A DNA stretch of 64,000 bases from an uncultured Acidobacteriaceae bacterium (GCA_963818235.1 CAWFRI010000003.1:295831-359830); one strand, 5' to 3'; shown: positions 35,917 through 45,233, counted from the stretch's first letter. The notes: generated by a model not told the origin, from the sequence alone. Program-made: numbers and translations.

Positions 35917-38900
35917 CTATCGCCGACTCTCCGCTTCAGCAGTCGACGGAAGCAAGTCGTATAAGGGCTGCGTGGGCTTGACTTCCGGACTCTCTTCGGC
36001 CACAGATATCGCTAGGATTCGAATCTTATTGTTATCGGGAAGTTTAATGCTCCTTGCGCCCGCCGGCAGATCAATACCATAAGCGAACAAATAAGAGTAC
36101 CGGTATGCTACGTTCGCGCCTGCGGCATTGTGATGGTGCGAGCAGTACCATGCCACATCTGCACGCTTGATGTAGCCCGGCTTGATGCCCGTCATCTGAC
36201 CGTAGTCATCGTGAGAAGTATCTTTCGAGCTCCATTGGCGGTCATCCCACTGGCCAATGAATCCACCCCAATCCTGGATATTCAGTTCGACCTTTTTGCC
36301 GCCAGCATCGAATGTGGCCTTCTGATCGCCGTTCGCAGAGGCCGCCAATAGGTACACGCGGTTATAAGTTCCCGACGGGGGCAGATCAACAGTTTGCCCC
36401 TTCGCCACAACTGCATTCGGTGAGCCGGTTTTCACCGGAGCAAGCTGGAATTGCACATCGTTAAACTTGACCTGCGCAGGCAACATTTCGCCGGGTAACG
36501 CATTGCCCTGCCCATCGAACCCTCCCGCCGATTTTTCTCCATCATTACTCGCGGCCGCTAGGTCATATTTCAGCGGGACTACAAACGTTTGCACCGCCGG
36601 CACCGAGGTTGGAGCAGAGGCTAACTTAACCGCAAAAGTGCGCGGCTCGTAAGCCGAAAAAGAAGCGATCAAAGAACCCTCTCTTATTGTTGCCGACCCC
36701 ATCGCTTGCTCCTGCCCGTTGACTTCACGCGCACCGTTGATCGGCGCTCCGAAGGCCACGCGAACATCGGGCTGCGGCTTGCCATCTAATTCCACCAGAC
36801 GCACAATGACCTCATCCCCCTGCTCTGCTTTCTTTAGCGCCAGCAAGCGAATCCGCGGATTGCTTACCTTCAATTCAGAAGACTCCCGTCCCAATGTCCC
36901 GGCGTGTTTGGACGCTTCGAACGCAATCAGCGGATCATTCATCCGTTGCCCCTGCCAGTCGGTCTGCCCCTGGCGCCAATCTCCCGCATGGCCTGAAATG
37001 CCATATACAAATTCATGATGTCCAAGATCCTGCGTGCCCTGATCCGCATACCCGCCGCGGGTCCCTGGCGTTCGGATCAGCGTCAGCCGAATCGTATGAT
37101 CGTTCGGCTTATCCGATCCATTCTTACAATCGGTCAGGATCGTAGCGCCGAATTCACCGCTCGCATCCGTCAGATCGATCCACTGGTGCGATGGCACCTC
37201 GAACTTCTTCGGCTGTGCCGTAGGCCGCTCAATCGTTCCGATATCCCAGTTGTAGGTGGCCATCTCGTTCGTCGCCACCAGAGGAAACGTAGCTTTCAGA
37301 TTCGATTCCTTCGTGTTCCAATCCACTACGTTTGCAAACTCAACCCGCTTCCCGGCATCTCCCGCTGCCAGGCTGATGGTCTGAATGAATTTTGATCCCG
37401 CAGCCTCCCGCGAAACTTCCACCGCCACGCGCGCCGGACCATTTTCCACCACTCGAATTTTCGCCGGTCCGCCAACATACTCTTTCGGAGCAGCCTGCTC
37501 CTGCTCCCAGTCCATATTCCACGCCGGCCACTGCTCAGGATTGTCATAAGAAATCGCCAGCCGGGCTGGTGCGCTCAGCAATTCTTTGCTCAGTGATTTA
37601 TCGAAAATGCTGGCGACATCACCATCTGCATTCAGCTTCAGCCGGTAATATTGGTTCTCCAGCGAATCCTCTGATACTTTCATGCGGGATTGATCAGCCG
37701 AGCCAGGTCCCGGTTGCACGTCGTAAACTGCGTAGCCGACCGATAGTGCCTTGGCAAGGAAGATCACCTTCCCGTTCGAAATCTGTGCCGGAACTTCATT
37801 GTCATCGGGGCCTACAACATGCACCGCTGCCGGCATCCCTCCGGGGAAATCAATGCGCGCTTCCACCAGATCTTCCCGGGCAATATTCAAGGGATTAAAT
37901 ACAACAATGGGCATGCCCTTGGTTTCAGTATTCATCGCCGCAGTGACGCCTTCCGTAGCGTTCGTCAGCACGCCCGCAAACTGATTCATCGCGATCACAT
38001 CGTCGTTCCAGGCAAATTCATAAGCTTTCGGACTGGCCGTGCCCGCCGCGATGTCGTGAAAGTGCCCGCCCATCACCAGCGTCCATGCATCGTTCAACCG
38101 CTGCAATGGATAAGCCCGCGCTCCCAGCCATTCCGCCGCAAGCGAAGCCTTCTCCGCCGCATCCGCCAGCAATTCTTCTTTTCGGAGCCAGCGCTTCTGG
38201 TATGCCTGCGAAGTCAGCGACCCGGCAGAGTGGTTGGTCAATTCCATCTCGCCCGTATAACGCGGAAGTCCGGTAGCCTCGGTAGGAGTGATGTCGAGAA
38301 ACATTTGCTCGGCGTTGGCGGAAATCACGCGTACCGGTCCGCCGCCAAGCTGTACCACCGGTCCCTGCGCATGAGAAAAGCGGGAAAAAAGAGAATCAAC
38401 ATCCAGCGGCAAACTTGCTTTGCCTCCCGTAATGATCGCTTCCAGACGCTTTACAGAATCTTCGTCCGGCGTTCCGCCAATGTCACCGGTTCCGTAATAA
38501 TGATAATCGGTCAAGACCCCGCTCACTTTGCCGTTGAGCTCCACGCGCGCCGCCCAATCGTTTTGATATCGGCTTAGCTCTCGATCCTGCCGCATTCGCG
38601 CTGCGGTTTTCTGTTGATCGCGCACCGCCAGGTATTCTTCAATGTGCTTCGTATCCATCGTTGAATTATTCTGGTCCGCGGTTACTAGTTCCTGACGAAG
38701 CGCCTTAAACTTTTGGTTGAGATCGTCGAGAACTTTATCCGCTGGGAGCGGAGGAAGTGGCTTGCTCAGGTCGCTATTGATTCCCCCGGCGTAGTCGCCC
38801 GGATTCAGCCCCGCCAGCACGCTCTCCCCGTCCGGTCCCACCCACACGCCTACATTGAACGGCGTACCCTCCGGCGTTCGTTCTGGCGAGTCCGCACCTC

Positions 38901-39474
38901 CGCCCGGCGCAGAGGATCCCCAAACCAACTTCTGCGTCGAGAATCCTTTCACCCCCGAGTGCGCCAAAATCGTCGGCAGCGATGCAGGAAATCCAAAACA
39001 ATCTGGCAGCATGTACTCCGCGCTGGCCTTGCCCAATTCCTTGCGAAACCAGTTATTCCCGTACAGAATCTGCCGAATAATGGTTTCCGCGCTGGGCGCG
39101 TTCACATCGCCCTCTTCCATCGAAGACCCCGCGGGAAACCATCGACCCTCATCCACGTACTTCTTCAGTTTCGCGAAATCGGCGGGATAGTACTCCTTCA
39201 TCAAGCGGTAGCGATTGGCTCCACTGAAATTGAAAATGTAATGAGGGTATTTTTCGAAAAGCGCAAAATTCCCCTCCATCGTTTTGCGCAGGTATTCGTC
39301 GATCACCTGCGGATACTCCCATCGCCATTCCGTATCCAGGTGGGCGTACCCGACCACGTACAGCGTGGGTTGCCTGCTCAAGTCCGGTTTTTCGGCGGTT
39401 TGCGTGAAAGCCGCGGTGAGCAAGCCCAACCCGACCAGTAAACTAACAATCGTGTGCTTAAAGATTCGTTGCAT
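35917..39474 (-). CDS. GH38 family alpha-mannosidase
   Basis: Start at the ATG at 39474 (MQRIFKHTIVSLLVGLGLLTAAF signal). ...YVVGYAHLDTEWRWEY... and ...MLPDCFGFP... are GH38 N-terminal catalytic motifs. The 1465-aa ORF-track extension (39475..40314) is antisense to the MBL gene and rejected. Confidence 0.9.
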   Translation of the reverse strand: MQRIFKHTIVSLLVGLGLLTAAFTQTAEKPDLSRQPTLYVVGYAHLDTEWRWEYPQVIDEYLRKTMEGNFALFEKYPHYIFNFSGANRYRLMKEYYPADFAKLKKYVDEGRWFPAGSSMEEGDVNAPSAETIIRQILYGNNWFRKELGKASAEYMLPDCFGFPASLPTILAHSGVKGFSTQKLVWGSSAPGGGADSPERTPEGTPFNVGVWVGPDGESVLAGLNPGDYAGGINSDLSKPLPPLPADKVLDDLNQKFKALRQELVTADQNNSTMDTKHIEEYLAVRDQQKTAARMRQDRELSRYQNDWAARVELNGKVSGVLTDYHYYGTGDIGGTPDEDSVKRLEAIITGGKASLPLDVDSLFSRFSHAQGPVVQLGGGPVRVISANAEQMFLDITPTEATGLPRYTGEMELTNHSAGSLTSQAYQKRWLRKEELLADAAEKASLAAEWLGARAYPLQRLNDAWTLVMGGHFHDIAAGTASPKAYEFAWNDDVIAMNQFAGVLTNATEGVTAAMNTETKGMPIVVFNPLNIAREDLVEARIDFPGGMPAAVHVVGPDDNEVPAQISNGKVIFLAKALSVGYAVYDVQPGPGSADQSRMKVSEDSLENQYYRLKLNADGDVASIFDKSLSKELLSAPARLAISYDNPEQWPAWNMDWEQEQAAPKEYVGGPAKIRVVENGPARVAVEVSREAAGSKFIQTISLAAGDAGKRVEFANVVDWNTKESNLKATFPLVATNEMATYNWDIGTIERPTAQPKKFEVPSHQWIDLTDASGEFGATILTDCKNGSDKPNDHTIRLTLIRTPGTRGGYADQGTQDLGHHEFVYGISGHAGDWRQGQTDWQGQRMNDPLIAFEASKHAGTLGRESSELKVSNPRIRLLALKKAEQGDEVIVRLVELDGKPQPDVRVAFGAPINGAREVNGQEQAMGSATIREGSLIASFSAYEPRTFAVKLASAPTSVPAVQTFVVPLKYDLAAASNDGEKSAGGFDGQGNALPGEMLPAQVKFNDVQFQLAPVKTGSPNAVVAKGQTVDLPPSGTYNRVYLLAASANGDQKATFDAGGKKVELNIQDWGGFIGQWDDRQWSSKDTSHDDYGQMTGIKPGYIKRADVAWYCSHHHNAAGANVAYRYSYLFAYGIDLPAGARSIKLPDNNKIRILAISVAEESPEVKPTQPLYDLLPSTAEAESRR

Positions 39475-39660
39475 CGTCTCTCCCAATGGCCCGCGCAATA
39501 TATAACATTGAGAGTGATGAGTGTCCAGACTGTCGGCGGCGTTTCCGGGCCTTTTAACGGCACGAACCAATCCAGCAATTGACGGGCGCAGCCCCTCGTC
39601 GGAAGATATGAAGATATAAGGAATTATCCAGCAACCGGGCCTTGGTGCGGTCGTCAACAC

Positions 39661-40497
39661 ATGCGGATCAAGTTCTGGGGCGTGCGCGGTTCCACCCCCA
39701 CTCCACAATCCGAAAACATGCGTTACGGGGGCAATACCTCCTGCGTCGAAGTGCGTTTCGGCGATCGCATTTACATCTTCGATTGCGGCACCGGTTTCCG
39801 CGTACTCGGCCAGCAGCTGCAAAGTGAATTCGGAGACCGCCCCTTTTCCGCCCACGTCTTCGTCTCCCATTTTCATTGGGACCACATTCAAGGCATGCCG
39901 TTTTTCCGTCCGCTTTATGCCAATGCGGAGAATCGTTTTTCTTTCCAGTGCTCCAGCCGAACCCGCAGCCTTAAACAAGTTCTTGCCGATCAGATGGCCG
40001 CGCCGTATTTTCCGGTGAAGATCGACGAGATGAAAGCCCGCCGCGATTTCTACGACCTCGATAGCGGCCGTGTCACCATGGAAGACGGTGTGCAACTCCA
40101 GACTGCCTGGCTCAACCATCCTCAGGGATGCATGGGCTTCCGCCTGGAAACCAAAGATGGAATTCTCGTCTACGCCACCGACAACGAGCCCGGCGATGCC
40201 GTTTTCGATAAAGCCGTCCGCAAACTCGCTGAAGGCGCAGATGTCCTCATCTACGATGCTCAGTATCTTCCTGAAGAGTACGAGGCCCGCCGCCACGGCT
40301 GGGGACACAGCCACTGGCGCGAAGCCGTAAATGTAGTAATGGAGAGTGGTGCAAAGGAATTGGTGTTATTCCATCACGACCCCGAACATACAGACGCAAT
40401 CGTCGACAAAGTCGTACACGAAGCCCGCAACTACTATCCCAAAGTACGCGCCGCCGCCGAGGGCATGGAGATTAATTTGCAAGCGCAAAAACGCTAA
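39661..40497 (+). CDS. MBL-fold metallo-hydrolase
   Basis: ...FVSHFHWDHIQG... (HxHxDH motif) and an N-terminal ...FWGVRGSTPTP...GGNTSCVEV... pattern typical of the MBL superfamily. Confidence 0.85.
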   Translation: MRIKFWGVRGSTPTPQSENMRYGGNTSCVEVRFGDRIYIFDCGTGFRVLGQQLQSEFGDRPFSAHVFVSHFHWDHIQGMPFFRPLYANAENRFSFQCSSRTRSLKQVLADQMAAPYFPVKIDEMKARRDFYDLDSGRVTMEDGVQLQTAWLNHPQGCMGFRLETKDGILVYATDNEPGDAVFDKAVRKLAEGADVLIYDAQYLPEEYEARRHGWGHSHWREAVNVVMESGAKELVLFHHDPEHTDAIVDKVVHEARNYYPKVRAAAEGMEINLQAQKR

Positions 40498-40889
40498 TCT
40501 TGCTTACGCGCAACGTCAGTGTGGGCAAAGTCTGCGCCCTTGTAGAGCAACTCCTCGCCCAGGCTGTAGGCAAGCGCGTAACCGAAGCAGTCGCCGAAAT
40601 TCAGTTGAGCCGCATGACCCCTGCCTTTGCCATATCGCCGCCAGGCTTTGCGAGCAATCCGCACCTGCTCAATGGTTACCGGCTCAACCTCGATCTGAGC
40701 ACGTGCCAAAAACAAGTCCAGTTGCTCGCCGCCCTTTTCTCCGGACTTACCTTCGAGCACGATCGCGGTCTCCAGAAGGCTGGCAGCAGATATTCGCCGG
40801 GAGCCGACGGCCGTCAATCGACGCAACAGGCTTTCAGCCCCAGGCTCCTGTCGCAGAATAGCCACGACCGCTGACGTGTCGATGACCAT
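40494..40889 (-). CDS. vapC: type II toxin VapC (PIN-domain ribonuclease)
   Basis: MVIDTSAVVAIL... N-terminal Asp; ...SLLET... and ...NFGDCFGYALA... are conserved PIN acidic residues. The ATG directly abuts the vapB stop (TAAATG). Confidence 0.9.
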   Translation of the reverse strand: MVIDTSAVVAILRQEPGAESLLRRLTAVGSRRISAASLLETAIVLEGKSGEKGGEQLDLFLARAQIEVEPVTIEQVRIARKAWRRYGKGRGHAAQLNFGDCFGYALAYSLGEELLYKGADFAHTDVARKQD

Positions 40890-41144
40890 TTATTTCGGTA
40901 GTCCGTGCTCGTCATAGCCAATGATCTCATCCGGGCTGCGGCGATCCAAGTCCGGAAGCGCGGCGGCACGGCGCGCGATAGCGGTTAGGTCTTCCATCAG
41001 TTGCTCCTGCTTCCGGGCGGCGCGAAGCCGCTGGTGCCGTTCGCGCAGAGCCTGCAAGATTGTCTGAGTCAGACCTTCGCCGGTCAAGCGCGCGAGCGCG
41101 CGAGCGAGGTCTTCTACTTCTGGATTGCGGATGCTAAGCGCCAT
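40890..41144 (-). CDS. vapB: type II antitoxin VapB (Rv0623/PSK-like family)
   Basis: MALSIRNPEVEDLARALARLTGEGLTQTILQALRE... is the typical N-terminus of this antitoxin family. 84 aa, immediately upstream of vapC. Confidence 0.85.
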   Translation of the reverse strand: MALSIRNPEVEDLARALARLTGEGLTQTILQALRERHQRLRAARKQEQLMEDLTAIARRAAALPDLDRRSPDEIIGYDEHGLPK

Positions 41145-41150
41145 GGCTTA

Positions 41151-41758
41151 TTATATACAAGCAGAATACGTATATACAAGAAGAATAAGTCCGTCACTTT
41201 GACATCCTAGCCCCCACTTATGGGGACGGAACACAAGATCGAACCACGGCTGCCACGTCTTCCCTCCATCGACCGAAGTCACCGCCGTCTCGCGCACCGT
41301 AGCGCCTTCAGCCTTCCACGTCCCCCGAACCCGCCGCTCCCGCCCGTCCGCTGTGCGATCCGCGCCGGCTAGAACCATTTTCCCGTCGTGAAACGTCCCC
41401 TCAATCACCAGCAACTCGCCGCGATTCGTGACCCAGCTCTGGTGCCATAATTTTCTCGATGCGTCGTAGACGCTGAAGCTCTCGCCCTTGTGACCGTCCG
41501 CTCCTTCGTAGCGCTCGTGCACAACACAGCCCTCGAGTAACTTTTCCACGTGCAAGCGCGCACTCGGCGCGTCGCCGCCTTCAAACCCATCCCAATCGCC
41601 AATCCAGAAATCGAATTGCCTGTATTCCGGTGCGTCGCAGGAATGATGCTTAGCGGATTCTTCTGCAGATCCCGATGCAGCACTCACTCCCAACATCGTT
41701 GCGAAAATTACAACGGCACAATCCCGCCCGGCTTCGCCCTCAAAATTGAGAGATTCAT
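41151..41758 (-). CDS. DUF1579-like (lipocalin-like) protein; apparent 1-nt frame disruption near the 5' end
   Basis: Body ...EYRQFDFWIGDWDG...HERYEG...SFSVYD...WHQSWV... is the DUF1579-type pattern. The ATG at 41758 has a strong purine-rich RBS (GGAAGGAAGAAGG...) and encodes MNLSILRAKPGGIV. This joins ...AVVIFATMLGVSAASGS of the main frame into a good signal peptide only if one base is restored near 41715-41720. The first in-frame ATG without correction is at 41696. Confidence 0.6.
41152..41187 (-). promoter_or_regulatory. vapBC promoter/operator: two 17-nt direct repeats overlapping -35/-10-like elements
   Basis: TATATACAAGCAGAATA (41152-41168) and TATATACAAGAAGAATA (41171-41187) match at 16/17 positions with 19-nt periodicity. 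On the minus strand, TTGTAT, an 18-nt spacer and TATAAT end 5 nt before the vapB ATG, implying a near-leaderless transcript. Confidence 0.5.
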
Positions 41759-41764
41759 CTTTCC

Positions 41765-42085
41765 TTACCTTCTTCCTTCCGCACGCGAATTCAGGCTGAT
41801 TAAGCTCAAGTTGCGCTCGACTCTGTCTTTCAACAGCCAAATTTCCTCAGCCTCGCCGTACCCCCGAGCGTAAGCTTCATTCGAAACCGAATAAGTTTTC
41901 AATTCTTTCCCATTCCATCGACTGCAAACCGCCGGCCTCCGGCACGAACAGATCAGCTTGTACTCCTCTGAAGTCTCGCTCACGAAGGACACCAAACAAG
42001 CCCCATTCAAGTAAGGACTGAACCCGATTAAATAGCGCGTGCAACATTCCGGACATTCTACGCAGTGCCGAAGGCGGTCCGCCAT
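41765..42085 (-). CDS. Cys-rich hypothetical protein (106 aa)
   Basis: ORF with CxxCxxCC...CxC...C spacing (RHCVECPECCTRY...LICSCRRPAVC), suggesting a zinc-ribbon-like fold. Its stop lies 6 nt upstream of the proposed ATG at 41758. No family recognised. Confidence 0.4.
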   Translation of the reverse strand: MADRLRHCVECPECCTRYLIGFSPYLNGACLVSFVSETSEEYKLICSCRRPAVCSRWNGKELKTYSVSNEAYARGYGEAEEIWLLKDRVERNLSLISLNSRAEGRR

Positions 42086-42132
42086 AAGAGTCTTCCCATC
42101 GCAAAATTCTTCATCTTGAGATTAAGAGCGAC

Positions 42133-42155
42133 GAGGGCAGGATTTTCCTGCCCTC
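42133..42155 (-). terminator. hairpin downstream of the HAF-repeat gene
   Basis: GAGGGCAGG-attttc-CTGCCCTC stem-loop about 40 nt after the stop at 42194. The T-tract on the minus strand is modest. Confidence 0.4.
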
Positions 42156-42193
42156 ATTTCTGCTGCTCGAAAATAACGGCTGGTCCGCTCGTG

Positions 42194-43507
42194 CTATTTT
42201 CCTGCCGTCTCCAATGCCAGCCTGCTGAATCCAGTCAAGTTTTTCCAAACACTCGCTGGAGTAACCACCTTCCTCACATTCGCCTTTGAGGCGGATGCCG
42301 TATTGCCGCTCCCGTCATACACGGGCACCGCCAGAAAGCCGACCTGTAGCCCGGTCGTCGAATCGATTGCCGTTCCGCTGATCTCCCCGGAATCGTTAAT
42401 CCCCTGCGCCAAAAACAACGACAAGTTAGGATCGCCCTGCACCACCAGTGTGTTGAGATCCGTCGCAATGCCGTTCTGATAGAGGAACGCCCGCGCTCCG
42501 TTAGGACCGAACGATTGCCCTACCACCTGCCCACTCGCATTGATATCGAAAGCAATGGAGTTCGTGTCGCCCGTGCCTTCCGCAACCGGCGCGATCGGCT
42601 GCATTCCGCTCGCTTGCGTCCAGATAAAGCCTTCCGGATTCAGCGCAGCATTCATATCCCCGCTGGTGTTGGCGAAGCCCACCACCTGTCCATGATTATT
42701 AATCGCGACCGGCGTATTCCATGCCTGCCCGCCAATATTCCCCATATTCGTAGGTACACCGTTCTCCCAGATCACGGCATGCTCGGCGCTCGCACCGCCC
42801 ACTGCAACCGAACAAATGCCTGAGATTCCCACCACCTGCCCGCGGTCATTAATCGCCGTCGCCGCCGAATCCGGATCGGGCGTAAACGGCTTTAACACCG
42901 TTACCTGATTCACTCTCGGCCCCCACATCGCCGCTTCAAACTGCAAAACCTGGGGTGCCGTGCAAGTCGAATCATGAACCGCAGTCTCTGCCCACCCCAC
43001 CACTTGTCCCACGTTGTTAACGCCTGCCACGTATCCGTCATATCCGCCGAGCGTCGGAAGCGCCGACATCACTCCGTCCTGCCACGCAAACCCGAGGCAC
43101 ACATTCCCCGTGACCGAGGGAAAAAATGCCGAACAACTCCAAGACTCGCCCAGAGGATTCACCTGAGCCGTCTCCGCAATTCCAACAATCTCTCCGCGAG
43201 TGCTGTGGTTCGGCCACTCCACCGCGCTGTTCGAACCACCCAGAGTGCCCAAAGCCAACGGCACTCCCACCCACACCTCAGCCTCCGACGTCACATTATT
43301 GGTCGTGTTCGCCGCGCCAGAAATCCAGCCGAGATCGTTAATCCCCACCGGCTCCGTGTTTCCACCCAACGGCGCTCCCAGATTGAATACGTAATATTTC
43401 GGAAAGTTCTGCCCTTGCGATTGACTTTGCGCGGTGAGCGGGAGCGATGCCAATAGCCCCATCAATAGGCCGATTCCTATAAGATGCGCGTATCTTCTGG
43501 ATTTCAT
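42194..43507 (-). CDS. secreted HAF-family extracellular repeat protein
   Basis: Signal peptide, then at least six repeats of the pattern (A/G)INDxGQVVG...G (INDLGWISG, GVNNVGQVVG, AINDRGQVVG, AINNHGQVVG, DINASGQVVG, GINDSGEISG), typical of the TIGRFAM HAF repeat. Confidence 0.8.
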   Translation of the reverse strand: MKSRRYAHLIGIGLLMGLLASLPLTAQSQSQGQNFPKYYVFNLGAPLGGNTEPVGINDLGWISGAANTTNNVTSEAEVWVGVPLALGTLGGSNSAVEWPNHSTRGEIVGIAETAQVNPLGESWSCSAFFPSVTGNVCLGFAWQDGVMSALPTLGGYDGYVAGVNNVGQVVGWAETAVHDSTCTAPQVLQFEAAMWGPRVNQVTVLKPFTPDPDSAATAINDRGQVVGISGICSVAVGGASAEHAVIWENGVPTNMGNIGGQAWNTPVAINNHGQVVGFANTSGDMNAALNPEGFIWTQASGMQPIAPVAEGTGDTNSIAFDINASGQVVGQSFGPNGARAFLYQNGIATDLNTLVVQGDPNLSLFLAQGINDSGEISGTAIDSTTGLQVGFLAVPVYDGSGNTASASKANVRKVVTPASVWKNLTGFSRLALETAGK

Positions 43508-43724
43508 AAATGTCCCTCCTCAGAAATTTCTAACCGTGCCTCAACATAGATCGACCGCGGACTCCGCGTTGGACATTTCTGGACCCCTCTACCACGCCGC
43601 TGGACGTTTGCGGTCCTCGCTATCCCGACGATCCGAACGCCGTTTTCGTCGCAATTTGCGCCTAATCGATTGCAGTCCGAAAACGTCCAACTGATAGCGC
43701 AATAACCGCTATGATGTCCGAGTT

Positions 43725-45233
43725 ATGACTCTCGACTGGCAGATCTGCTCCCGCGCACGCCTATCCCGCGATCCGCGCTTCGACGGCAAATTTTTCATCG
43801 GAGTCGTAGGCAGCGGCGTCTATTGCCGGTCGATCTGTCCTGCTCCCACCGCCAAAGAAAAAAATGTCCGCTACTTTCCGACCGCTGCGGCCGCCGCCGA
43901 AGCTGGATTTCGTCCCTGCCTGCGCTGCCGTCCGGAGTGCTCCCCCGGAACTCCGGCATGGCTCGGCACTTCCAACACGGTTTCTAGAGCTTTACGGCTG
44001 ATCGGCGAGAGCGGTCTGGAAGATGGCGGAGTGGAAGCGCTGGCGGAACGGCTGGGCGTAGGTTCACGTCATCTTCGACGATTATTCCTAAAGCACCTTG
44101 GTGCTACTCCCACGGCCGTGGCTCATACTCGCCGCCTGCACTTTGCCAAAAAACTCATCGACGAAACCCGCCTGCCAATGACTCAAATCGCGCTCGCCGC
44201 CGGCTTCGGTTGTGTGCGCCGATTCAACGCAGGGATTCGCAAGGTCTACCATCGAACTCCAACCCAAATACGTCGCATCGCCCGCCAGACTCAGGGCCAA
44301 CCCCAAAATCAATATCTGTTCCGCCTCCGTTATCGCCCGCCTTACGACTGGAAAGGAATGCTGGCGTTCCTGGCAGCTCGCGCCACACCCGGCGTGGAAG
44401 TGGCCAACGCCAGCTCCTATCGCCGATCAATCTCGCTCAACAACAACAACCACGGCTACTTCGAGGTTTTGCTGGATGAAGCCAACCACGCACTGCTCGC
44501 CCGGGTTCAGTTCGGAGATCCGCGCTCACTCTTTTTCATCACCGAGCGTATCCGCTCCATGTTTGATCTGAACGCAGACTGGTCCGCCATCGCCAGAACT
44601 CTCAGCACGGACGCTGCCTTGGCTGCGCGCATCGGAGCCGAGCCCGGCCTCCGCGTCCCAGGTTGTTGGAACGGCTTCGAACTTGCCGTCCGCGCGATTC
44701 TTGGCCAGCAGGTCAGCGTCAAAGGCGCTACTACGCTGGCAGGCCGTCTTGCGAAGACCTTCGGCCAAGCTTTCGCCGGAGCAGCAGGGCTAACGCATAT
44801 CTTTCCGTCGCCTCAGGCCCTTGCCACTGCGGCCGTCGCGAGCATCGGTCTGCCTTCAGCCCGCGCCGAAACCATCCGCGCTCTGGCGCGCGCGGTCTGT
44901 GACGGGCGAATCAGTTTCGACGGCGTGGTGGATTCCAGCGACCTCCTCGTCCGGCTCTGCGAAATTCCCGGTATCGGCGACTGGACCGCGCAATACATCG
45001 CCATGCGAGCCCTGGGAGAGCCCGACGCTTTTCCATCCACCGATCTTGGCCTTTTACGCGCTTTGAATCTCACGAGCGCCCGCGAACTGGAACGGCGCGC
45101 CGAAAGTTGGCGGCCCTGGCGCGCGTACGCAGCCGTCCATTTGTGGAATATTGCAAGCCCCACGGATCCTGGTATGACGAAATCTGCAACCTCGTCGCCG
45201 TCTGACTTTGCCATGGCCGCAACGCCAGCCTGA
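43725..45233 (+). CDS. alkA: Ada-type Zn-finger/AraC HTH fused to DNA-3-methyladenine glycosylase II (AlkA)
   Basis: N-terminal Ada Zn-binding domain (...DPRFDGKFFIGVVGSGVYCRSICPA...RPCLRCRPE), AraC-type HTH (...RLHFAKKLIDETRLPMTQIALAAGF...), then AlkA N-domain and HhH-GPD region (...LCEIPGIGDWTAQYIAMRALGEPDAFPSTD...). Confidence 0.9.
   Translation: MTLDWQICSRARLSRDPRFDGKFFIGVVGSGVYCRSICPAPTAKEKNVRYFPTAAAAAEAGFRPCLRCRPECSPGTPAWLGTSNTVSRALRLIGESGLEDGGVEALAERLGVGSRHLRRLFLKHLGATPTAVAHTRRLHFAKKLIDETRLPMTQIALAAGFGCVRRFNAGIRKVYHRTPTQIRRIARQTQGQPQNQYLFRLRYRPPYDWKGMLAFLAARATPGVEVANASSYRRSISLNNNNHGYFEVLLDEANHALLARVQFGDPRSLFFITERIRSMFDLNADWSAIARTLSTDAALAARIGAEPGLRVPGCWNGFELAVRAILGQQVSVKGATTLAGRLAKTFGQAFAGAAGLTHIFPSPQALATAAVASIGLPSARAETIRALARAVCDGRISFDGVVDSSDLLVRLCEIPGIGDWTAQYIAMRALGEPDAFPSTDLGLLRALNLTSARELERRAESWRPWRAYAAVHLWNIASPTDPGMTKSATSSPSDFAMAATPA

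Noticed and set aside
37819-39441. Plus-strand ORFs of 252 and 242 aa inside the GH38 gene
   Set aside because: Arg-rich antisense frames; the GH38 frame is continuous and well supported.
39475-40314. Upstream 280-codon extension of the GH38 ORF (ORF track 35917..40314, 1465 aa)
   Set aside because: The extension is antisense to the well-supported MBL hydrolase gene (39661..40497) and has no GH38-like sequence. The real start is the ATG at 39474, followed by a signal peptide.
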